Part shown: piece by piece, positions 52,470 to 64,000 of the stretch
Position numbering within the stretch: position 1 is the first letter of the stretch
Layout: each line of letters starts with the position of its first letter
Assembly (NCBI RefSeq): GCF_009914755.1
Contig: NC_060926.1
Length of the DNA stretch: 64,000 nt
Strand: one strand, 5' to 3'
From: the human T2T-CHM13v2.0 reference genome, Homo sapiens
The notes under the pieces: generated by a model
What the model was told of the DNA's origin: nothing
The model's input: only the letters and a program-made list of their open reading frames with translations
Database searches by the model: none
Made by a program: the position numbers and the translations under genes

Positions 52470-52645
52470 AAAGGTAATCCTTCATTGAGTAGCTCCTGTG
52501 CATTGCAAGGCATTTAGCATCATGGGCTCAATGAATGCCTAAAGTGACCCTCCCTCCTTCCCATTGCAACATTTAAAAATAAATCCACACATTTTCAAAC
52601 GTCCACTGGGGAGTAGTACTGATCCCAGTTAAGAACTATTGATCC
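52470..52645. mobile_element. MER20-like hAT non-autonomous element
   Basis: cctgtgcattgcaaggcatttagcatc ... ccagttaagaactattg. Confidence 0.55.
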
Positions 52646-55350
52646 AAGGCTTCCCATTCTTCCTGGGACAGCTCAAATCCCACCTTCTCTTTATTTCTTT
52701 GATTATTCGAGACTATATTGATTTCTGTACCTTCTTTGAATTCCAGCTGCACTTAGAGTCAATAATGCATCATTGAGTTCTTAATTGTGTTCTAATCGTT
52801 TCATGTATGTTGGTTTCCCTTCTCAGCTTGCTCATAAATTCTTTTAAGAGCAGCAACAGTGTCCAAGATATCTGTTGTATCACACATAGTGCCTAACTAA
52901 GTACTGAGTGGTTAATGAATTCTAACCGGCTCCTCATAATTTAGTCTCTGCTTATCTCTTCAACAATGTTTCCTACCGTATCTCCACCAACATCCCTGTC
53001 CCTTGTCCCTCCAGCAGCTAGAAGAAGCTCATCAGAGTTTCCTAAACATACCTTATTGGTTCAACATTATGCCTCCACATAATGCTGTACTTTTTGCATG
53101 CAAAATGCACTTCAATTGACTTTCTTCTAGGTAAAATCTTATCCAGTCTTCAAATTCCAGCCTCTCTGGTGAATTACTCCCTTCTCTGTCATTTTTATAT
53201 ACTTGTATTGATGAATAACTTCTCTGTTTACTTGGTTCTTGCTCCTAAAAAGGGCAGTAACTGTGTCTAATTGATTTCCTTGACTCCTAGCATGACAACT
53301 GGCACTCACTAGAAGCTGAATAAATGCTGGTTGATTATAGCTGATTATACCATATTTTTAACATTCATAAGCATGAGCCACACCATAAAGAATAGAGAAG
53401 ACTGTTGGTCACTAAATAGAGGCAGCTATTTCCTTTTCCTTCACTGCACCTTGCTTTTTGCTAAATAACTCTTAAGAAATAGAATGCAGGTGCCCCACTG
53501 CTGTTCAGAGCTTGATTCCAACTTACATATATTAGACGGTTTCATTAATGTACCTGAAGCAGTCAACTTGGTTGTGCCTTGTTTAATTTCTCTCATTTTA
53601 CAATTGTAAAAGGAGCAAACGAAATGCTGAAGACACTACATCAGCTGTTACAGCGAGAAATTTACTCAAACTGAACACTCAACTGGGAGGGAAAAAAAAC
53701 CTGTGTTTTATTAGAATAGATTGTTTCATTCCTATTTAGCACTTGACTTGAAGAGGCCTCCCCTGTGACTCCCCTGTCGTAGAGAACAGTGATAGCCATA
53801 TGATTATAAAGAATGTCCTACAAAATAATAATAAAAATAATCCTATGGGAAACATTGTCAGCTAATACACTATTAAAGAGAGAAGCATTTATAGATACAC
53901 ATGAATTAACAGGGGTTCTGGACTCAAAACTCTTTTAAAAAAAACATAGCCCTGGTGAGGAAAGTCTGGAAATCAGCCATGGTCTCTATTTGGCTCCAGT
54001 AATGACTGATGGAGTTCTCGTTGATAAGGAAAAGACAAAGAAATGAGTCAGGGACATACTAATTGCTGATGGGCCAAAGACCTGGATCCTGCGAAGTGCC
54101 AAGGCCTTCATCAGGAATTGAAAAAGACACTTCCTCCATGTCACTCTGTGAGACCGCTTCATATCACCAGGGACCACCAAGGTGGGTGGGACTGGACACC
54201 CACAGACACTAAGAGAACCGGAAGCCACAACCTCAACATCAAGAGGACACTGAGTGAGGAATGGAAGAGAGAAGAATTCCACAAGTTGAACTGCAGTTCA
54301 TTGCTTTCCTGATATTTCTATTTCTAGAAACTAAGTTTCCACCAATTAAACAAGTTGTTGACTACGCCCCAAACTTAATAGAAGTTTCATTACAGAATGC
54401 GTGGAAGTGGCAGCACAATGTATGAAATGCATTGTTGAGGGAACTCTATTAGAAGAGAAATGTCTGCCTTTGACAATGCTTATTAATATGCACACGTTTT
54501 TATATTAACTTCTTTGTATAAATTGTATTTGTTTTATATTTGGCATGTTGGCAGGGACAGGTAAAAGGGCATCAGTCATTTCTTTTGTGAAATTGAGATA
54601 ATAGTTCCCTTCCAATGTTGTGGTATGGAGTAGAAATAATAAATGTCATATATCACTGCACCAGACACAGAGGAAGGGTGTAGTCAATGGTTAATATTAT
54701 GATATACATCAAGGGTTGAAGGATAGAGTATCGCTGTCTCACCAGATTAGCATACCACTTAACCAAATATTTTGATCATACTAAAAGCTATTCAAAGGGA
54801 TCAACTAAGCCATTTGAATCCTTTTCTCAAAGGAGAGCCCCTAAAATTACATTTTGCCTCAGGCTCACTCGCTTATTTAGTAACTAATTTCTTTTCTGAA
54901 ATTTAGGAGCACAGATTACAATTCTGGTACCCCAAGAAATATTTTAAAACAAATCATTGCCACCCACCCACCTGATAGCTTCTAGATATTTCTTCCGTCA
55001 TCTTTTCCACGGGTTTTACTACTCTTCTGGTCAGAGAAGGAAGCACCATGATGTAATGGAAAGGGCTTGACCTTTGGTATTAGAAAGATTTGAGTTTCAA
55101 TACAGATTTTTTAAATTATTGGCCATGAAACATCGACAGGTTACTTAATTTGCCTGAATCTCATTCTGCTTATCTACAAATCAGTGTAGGTGGGTGTATG
55201 CAGTATTGGGGAGAGATTATAGATAATGGGCTAGAGATTTGCCAGAACAAAAATAGGATTAATAGTCCTAGTTCGTGCTACATAAGTAATGGATTCTGTT
55301 TATTATTGTGTTATTGCTACATCTCTACTCTCACCCCTCCCCCAAAATTA

Positions 55351-55429
55351 TTAGGTTGGTGCAAAAGTAACTGCGATTTTTGCCATTACCTTTAATGGCA
55401 CAAAGCTCAGTTTCTTCTCGCCAACCTAA
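55351..55429. mobile_element. MADE1 MITE, right arm degenerate
   Basis: ttaggttggtgcaaaagtaactgcg...ccaacctaa flanked by TA. Confidence 0.88.
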
Positions 55430-55699
55430 TAATAGCTCAACAATAATTTAGGGCAAGAATATTAGATTAGGAATTATAAGCCCTTCATTTTACTGCAAGT
55501 ACTATTTATTTCCTGTAAAATATTTGGCAGTTTGATTTGCCTCTCTGAGCCTTATTTTCCTTTTCTGCAAAAATGAGTTGGTAAATAGGGATTATGTAAA
55601 ATGTCTCTTTTACCCTTGAAATTCTGTTTCCATCGTTAATTTTGTTTCCTCCCTGAGGCTATCACCTCATTTTTTGAAAAATCTCATTTTGTTTTGTTT

Positions 55700-56890
<1,191 letters not shown>

Positions 56891-57150
56891 CAAAGCTGTA
56901 TCAAATAATTTTGTAATCCCCTAATTATAAGCTATTTGGATGGAGCTTTCAGACAGCAAGAAGAAACCTTCCAAATACCCAGAGGCAGTATTCAAATACA
57001 TTACTCTGGGTTCCCTAATTATCTACCATGACAGAATAAATGTTTGACTTCAACTGAGCCTGTAAACACTCTTGATAATTGACCAAATCCCAGGTATGCC
57101 ATACGCCTACCAGAAAGATGTACAAGCTAATATTGGGAAAGTATAGAAAT

Positions 57151-58158
57151 AATTATTTCAAGTATTTTGGAACTATACTGTGGTATGTATTAAAAGGACA
57201 AAAATACTTTTATCTCAGCACCAACTTTACCAATGAAATAATCTCTAGACAAAAAAAAAAAAAAGCAATGCTATAGGGTAACTATGTTGTTTAAGGTAAG
57301 GATATGTCTCTGATGGCAGGTATGGGGTATGGGAGAGACAACTGTGTGTTCATAAAATCCTGATTTATTTATGATTTTTCCTCCCTGGTACAACAGAGAG
57401 ACCAAACTTTCTAGCCCATTATAGTTAGATAGGAGCATAAATTCCAGATCTGGCCTCTAAAACCTCCTGTGTACTCCCTCCTTTTCTCTTGTCTGCTGAC
57501 TGAAGTTAGGAGTTTCATTGGAAGCCTCTGAGGTACTATGGGAGGGAGAAGGCACTAGCTAGATAGAGCCTATGTCCCCAGATGGCTGCAAAGACCACAG
57601 CCCCTGCTGACCCTTACTGAACTGTGAAGTGAATGAGAAATGAGGCTGTCTTGTGTTAACCCACTGAGATTCAGGGGTTGTTTGTTATAGTCAGATTCAC
57701 CTGACTAAAATAGATGGAAGTCCCCAGAGGGTAGAATTTGTTTCCACTAAATTGCTTGTCTAGGGCCTAGCACAGTCCCATGTGCAGATGGGACCTAAAT
57801 GCCTTTGAAGATGAAGAAAAGAGAATAACAAATCCCGCATCACTGCAGAGAGGCATTTGGTTTGCAGGAATAAGTACAGCTAAACTCTGCACCTGGTTTT
57901 CTATGAAGTTTTCACAAAGATTACCTGCGAAAAAAAAAAACAAAAAACAAAAAAAATGGAAGGATAAAATTCCACTGAAAATGGTGGCAGAAACAATAGG
58001 CTTAAAAACAGCTCAGGTTAAATGGAAGTTTCCCAGAGGTTTCTGATTCACAATTTTGAGGCAATATAGTAGCAATTATTTCAAGTATTCTTCAATTACA
58101 CTCTGGTGTGCATTAATAGCACAAAAATCTTTTTATCTCAGCACCAATTTTACCAATG
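57151..58158 (+). repeat. Dispersed 85-bp direct repeat pair (57151-57235, 58074-58158)
   Basis: Ungapped alignment, 72/85 identical by manual count. Confidence 0.9.
57340..57712 (+). mobile_element. Old ERVL/MaLR LTR (LTR16/MLT1-like)
   Basis: gaatgagaaat...tcttgtgttaacccactgagattcaggggttgtttgttatag...gactaaaata 3' end. Confidence 0.55.
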
Positions 58159-58429
58159 GCAAGTTGGATAGGAAATAAAGCATAATCAAACTTAGCGAAA
58201 CATAAATTGAGATACTTGACTAGATTTCTATAGCTTTCTAAGAAACTGCCTACCTGGTCATTGTAAAGACGTTAATTCTAACAACCCTGCATATGAACAC
58301 CCTCTGAGAGTTAACATATTGATATTGAATAATACTTTCTCCAGGCATTTGGAAGCTTTTATCTTGCTGTCTGAAAGCTCTATCCAATAGCTTATAATTA
58401 GGGGATTACAAATTCTTTGATATAACTTT

Positions 58430-58745
58430 GTCTAGGAGGTGGTGCTTTCTTTATTCCCCTCCTCTTGAATGTGAGCTGGACTTAGAGACTTGCTTCTAAA
58501 GAATAGAGTGTGTTAGGGAAAAAAATAGCAGCATTTCAGTGGAGAAATCTGGCAGACACCACCTTAACCAAGTAATCAAGGTGACAGCATTATCAGTAAT
58601 AAGTCATGCTGATATCATGTACTTCTTGACATGATGTGATGAGAAGGGACTTTACTTCTGCAGTATTCTTTCCCCAAACTCATAGCCCCAGTCTAATCAT
58701 GAGAAAACATCAGACAAACCCCAACTGAGGGACATTCTACAACTC
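58430..58745 (+). mobile_element. Ancient L1M (MB/MC/MD) 3' fragment
   Basis: gtggagaaatctggcagacaccaccttaaccaagt...ccccagtctaatcatgagaaaacatcagacaaaccc. Confidence 0.7.
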
Positions 58746-59985
58746 CACTTCATCAAGAGTTGGTGCCTTTCCATTGCCATATATCCCATAAAAAGCCCCA
58801 TTCTGCTATATTAACAACAGGAACCCAGTTTTTGTGATCAAACCTCAACACCTGATATTACACTGAGTACATTATTCTTTTCCTACTTTCATTGTATAGT
58901 GAGACTTATTTATAGGAACTCTATTTTGTTGAAGTTTCATGTGTAGTCAACACTGAGGTCCATCCTGGCTTCCCTCTCCTCTCATGTCCTTGAGAATATC
59001 CCAAAGACACAAGCTTTTTGCTCTGACCTTAAGAACTTGTGACCAACAAGAATGAGTTCACCAAAAACTTCTGGACTGACTATGATTCTCACATTTAGTA
59101 TGTCCATATTTTGCACACACTGAGCATTTTTAGTGAGCCTGCAGAGAAATGTTGCCACCATCACTGTGGCAAGTTACATAAGGAAGTTTGTGGCTTCCTG
59201 CCTTCTCTGGTCCAGCCTTCAGAGGACTGACTAAGAACAGCTGAGCTTTATGCATTATAACATCGTTCACTGATACTGGAGAGGGCTCCATGTCATCATG
59301 TATGTAGTTGTAGTTGTTTTAACTATGAAAAGACAAAACCCAACACGTACTTCAGGAAAAATGCAGAGGAAAGACATAGCTAAGAAAGGACTAGCTCCCT
59401 TACGAGAGGTAATTTAATCACCAATTCATTAATTTAATAGCTGCTATGGACTCATTCACTGATGACCAACCCCATGCATGAACTCCCTCTGAGAGCTGAC
59501 ATATTGATATTGGCAAAATGGATTCATGTTAACTACAATAAGCTGTGAACAAATTCTACTAAATTAACTCCGCTCCATGTCACACAATTCCTAATATTTA
59601 GGGTTGGGTTCCAATGCCTGGATGGATATTAAAGCAATCCAAACATGATTGGAATTCACCTCAAATTTTCTCTGAGGAAATCAGTCTTTTATCCTAGCTG
59701 TTGCGTTTGGCAGAGTAAGCTCAATGAAATGCCCTCTTTGGAGTAGTTTTTACTAAATCTAATTATGCTGCCTAGTTTGTGGATCCTGCTGTTTTCTATT
59801 TGGTTTCTCTGTTTTCCTTTTTTTCTGGGTGTGAGGGGTGTTACTTCCTTAGTATTCCTATTACAGAACAAGTTCTCCTCAACCCCATTCATCTCTTGTG
59901 GATATAAGAAATCATTAGCCTAGCGCTTCAAGGGCCTTCAAGTGGGTTTAGTCTTACCCAGGGATTAACCATTTGGCTGTCTATG

Positions 59986-60111
59986 TAAGGGTGACTATAT
60001 ACTTTATCTCCCAAATTGGGACACTTTTTAGAGAGCTATTATTGATTATGCCTTGACAACAGACATAAACCAGGGCTGTCTTGGACAAACTAGGGCATAT
60101 GACAACACTAC
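59986..60111. mobile_element. MER94-like hAT-Blackjack MITE
   Basis: taagggtgactatat...gggacact...catatgacaacacta, degenerate terminal inverted repeats. Confidence 0.6.
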
Positions 60112-60229
60112 TGGGAATTCAAAGCAGAGCTCTGTGCTCCTATGTCTCAGATATTATAAAATCATCCACAAGACATTTATTTCCTTCAGGGGACTTACAA
60201 AACCGGCCTGTTTACATTACATCAGCTAA

Positions 60230-60545
60230 AGACAGTGTAGTATAGTGGTTAAGCACTAGGGCCCTGGCACCCCGCCCACCACCACCACACCACCTGCCCA
60301 TAACCTTTGAATGATGCCTTCCTATCTCCCAGCTATAGAACCAGATCTCCTGGGCTCAAATTCCAGCACTTTCATCTCTGAGATGTGTGACTTTGGAAAG
60401 TCACTTCACCTTCTGAGTCTCAGTTTCCTTATCTATAAAATGACAATAAAATTTGAAAATGATTCATAAGATTATGAAGAATAAGTGAATCAATAAACTA
60501 ATTAGTCAAAGGTCTGGCATGTTGTAAACACTCAATTATATATTG
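60230..60545 (+). mobile_element. MIR
   Basis: gtatagtggttaagcac; tgtgtgactttggaaagtcactt...ctcagtttccttatctataaaatg. Confidence 0.75.
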
Positions 60546-62200
60546 TCTATTTTAGCAATCTTTTTCTTCATGAGAACATATCATGGATGAGGGGTGACTT
60601 CCAGTCTTGCCCACTTGTAAATACTTGATTATCCTCCCTGTTTGGTCAGGCAACCCTTCTGACTAAGTACTCTGTGCTGATGTGACTGGTTATTTTGGGC
60701 TCTGACTATTGCCTAGGCATTTTTGTCTACCCATTATTTCTTCACACACTGGCTCCTTTTTATTTTCAGTATTTTTATAAAGTTGCCTCCAGCCAAGTAC
60801 ACTGTGTACCATTTCACCATTCAGAGTCACTTTATACAATAAAGTGTTAAGGAGCACACCAAAATGAATCTGCAACTTCACTTTTAGTGACACATGACTC
60901 TTGTCTCCATATCTTCATATCAGGCATTGGTTTCTAGCCTATTACAGCCTGAAGGTTACAAAGGAATGCATCTTTAGAATAGTCATTAGTATCTTCTGCA
61001 TGACTCTTCGTGACAATTTAATACATCTTACATGAAAATTACAATGGAGCCACATTTTAGCAAAGAAATGGTGAAAAAAGGGGTGTGTTCCAGGTCTCAT
61101 AAGGAACATGATCGTCATTCTTGCCTGTGTATTGTGCCCCTGGATACAACATCTCATCCAATCTAAAAACAGAAAAAAGACCTACCCTGATCTCTCAGTA
61201 GCATGAAGTCAAAATTATTTATGTGAATCATTATTAGAGGCAAGAGAGAAACAAATACGCTACATTGTGCTCTTAAGCATTTTGTTTATTTACATTCATT
61301 TATTAAGCTAGTTAGACTTAATTTCAACGTCGTATTTTTAACTTTGCAGGAAAGGGAGGGAGGCTAGAGGAGAATAGTCCTCACAGCCATAGAACACATA
61401 CCCCTCCTCCACTCCATAATCATCATTATCATCATTTTAATTGCAATCAGCACCGACAATTACTGAGCATTTCTCCACTTCTGGCATTTTACATGCCTAG
61501 TCTCACTTAATCCTTAAAATTATTTTAAGATATAGGTTCTGTCAGCAGCACCACAGTGCATGACGCAGTATGAGGAAACGGAGGTATATTAAAGTTAAAT
61601 GACTTGGCAATCCACGAAGTGAAACATAAAACCAGGTCAGGATAGATTTAACACTCACATTAACTACAAGGTTATATCTTGTGTCTTCGTGACAGGAGAT
61701 ATGGAATAACTATTCCTGTCAAATGTACAAAAAGCACATGTTTACTGACTGTAAGTCTGTACAAATATTTTTAATTCATGAAGAGTAGCATGTAAATATC
61801 ACACCTATACAATACTATTTTACCAAAGTATGCAATTAGTGAGAATCCTAGTATGCTATTGTGTGCTTTGCAAGACAGACATCTTGGAATTTGAAAGTAA
61901 CAACCAGCTGGTAACCATCTTTCTTAAAGCTATTTTATTCCTCTGTCCAACAAAGTTTATGCCAAAGTTCAAGACCAAGAATGCTTCTTCACAGAGTTGG
62001 ACCTTGCAGTTGTTTCACTGATGAATGACTTCCATGTCAAAGAGACTAGGCAAATGTTCTAGAGTGTTTCACTGCCATTATACCTTAAATGTTTTAAGAT
62101 TGGTTACATCTGTACTCTCATATTGAGGGAATTTTCTAAGGAGCAAATGGTATGTTCTGGAGACTTCAGTATAAGACTAAGCATAAAAATCATCATAGTA

Positions 62201-62514
<314 letters not shown>

Positions 62515-62789
62515 AAAAATCATCATAGTAAGTAACATGTAAAGCACTTAATAGGTCCTAAGTACTTCATATATATAAATTTATTTCATCATCCCAATAA
62601 ACTTATGAAATAGTGGCAATTTTAGTGCCATGTTACAATTAAAGAAACTGAAAGGTAGTCACTCTTAAGTGGTGGGGCCATGATACCTTGGGGTGAAAAA
62701 TATCTCAGCATTAATCTGTGTCCTTGATTCCAAACTGGGGCAGAGCTAGGTTAGCACCAGAAATATGAACCTAGACTGGACTGGCTGTC

Positions 62790-63020
62790 ATTTATTGAGC
62801 ATTTACAATTCCTTGGCATAGCACTAAGTACAATAAGAATAGTATCTTACTGCACCCCCACTTAAATCCTTCATGGTAGGAATTATCATTCCAGTTTTAC
62901 AGAGATGAAACCAAGATTCACAGGGTTTAATTGCTTGTTGTCACACAATGATAAGTGGCACAATCAGTATTTAGACCCAGGTGTATTCATCTGTAAGTCT
63001 GTGTTTTAACTTCCATGACA
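62790..63020 (-). mobile_element. MIR
   Basis: catttattgagcatttac...ttttacagagatgaaacc. Confidence 0.7.
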
Positions 63021-63400
63021 TAGAGGAAACCCTTATTTAGATCAAATTTTTTTCTGCCACTTGAACGTTGTATCTTTTGCTTTTTTCCTTCCAGAGATTA
63101 TTCTTAATTTGTTAAGTCCCATTCTTATGCATATTTTTCTCTATCTATGTTTAAGTTTATTGATATCCATGTCTCCCAAACAAGTAAAAAACTTGAGCAC
63201 ATATTTCCTTAAATCTCCTTTACCCTTGCATTGGTAGTATTAAGTAGTATGTTGATTCTTTATTGGTAAAATGATACAGTTTTTTAAAAATCATTTAAAA
63301 ATCATTTTTAAAAACCATATCTCCTTCAGACATTAATAAGCTTGGTCAACTTCTTCATAAAAGTTTTATTTCCCATATCTATTTCTCCATACAAATTGAT

Positions 63401-63763
63401 TACAATGGACTGAATGTTTGTATTTCCCCAAAATTTACATGTTGACATTTTCTTCCCCAAGGTGATGTGGTTAGGAAGTTGGGCCTTTGGGGGGTGATTA
63501 GGTTATGAGTGTGGAGCACTCATTAATAGGATTAGTGCTCTTATAAGAAGGACTCCAGAGAGCTAGGAAGCCCCTTCCTCCATATGCATGTACAAGAAGA
63601 AGCTCTCAGTGCAACCCAGAAGAGGGCCCTCATCAGATCCTGACAATACTGGCACCCTAATCTCAGACTTCCGGCCTCCAGAACAATAAGAAATAAGTGT
63701 ATATAGTTTATAAGCCACTCAATCTATGGTACTTTGTTATAGCAACCGAAGTGGACTAAGACA
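63401..63763 (+). mobile_element. MLT1A-like MaLR solo LTR
   Basis: atggactgaatgtttg start; tttgttatagca...gactaagaca end; perfect TSD ttgat on both sides. Confidence 0.85.
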
Positions 63764-63814
63764 TTGATCTTGCCTTTTGGCAGAACACGTCTCCCGGGAG
63801 CATTTCAAATAGGT

Positions 63815-64000
63815 TCTTTTCTTTTTTTTTCCTTCAACTTTTATTTTAAGTTCCGGGGTACATGGGCAGGAGGTGCAGGCTTGTCACATAGGTAAACGTG
63901 TGCCATGGTGGTTTGCTGCACAGACCAACCCATCACCTAGATATTAAGCCCAGCATCCATCAGCTATTCTCCTTGATACTCTCCCTCCCCAAGCCCCGAC
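63815..64000 (-). mobile_element. 3' end of an older L1PA (about PA11-16), continues beyond the window
   Basis: polyT, then aacttttattttaagttc...ataggtaaacgtgtgccatggtggtttgctgcac. Confidence 0.85.

Overview
Human non-coding, repeat-dense DNA. The species call rests on a pre-Ta L1HS, AluY and LTR12. I can support no host protein-coding exon, RNA gene or CRISPR array. The window is dominated by a cluster of primate LINE-1 copies of different ages, in both orientations. E1 (9710-17391, +, L1PA7/8-like) is interrupted by an LTR12 solo LTR. E2 (19004-24563, +) is L1PA3/4-like. E3 (26741-30500, L1PA4/5-like) has a 5' inversion. E4 (33891-39933, -) is a full-length pre-Ta L1HS with an intact ORF0. 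E5 (41872-44870, -) is an older L1PA with an LTR18-like insert and a deletion. The background is MIR/L2/L1M/MLT/MER/MADE1/Alu. Main finding: E1-E4 are independent insertions, each with its own target-site duplication (TSD), yet they share a patchwork of non-CpG point variants in short tracts. One ORF1 variant (GGTCGGCTTACCCAC, protein KGRLTHK) is in all four copies, including the human-specific one. This points to a local, reciprocal, non-crossover gene-conversion network among neighbouring L1s, active into the human lineage. Subfamily names and 'consensus' bases are from my recollection of the families and need a RepeatMasker/Dfam check.
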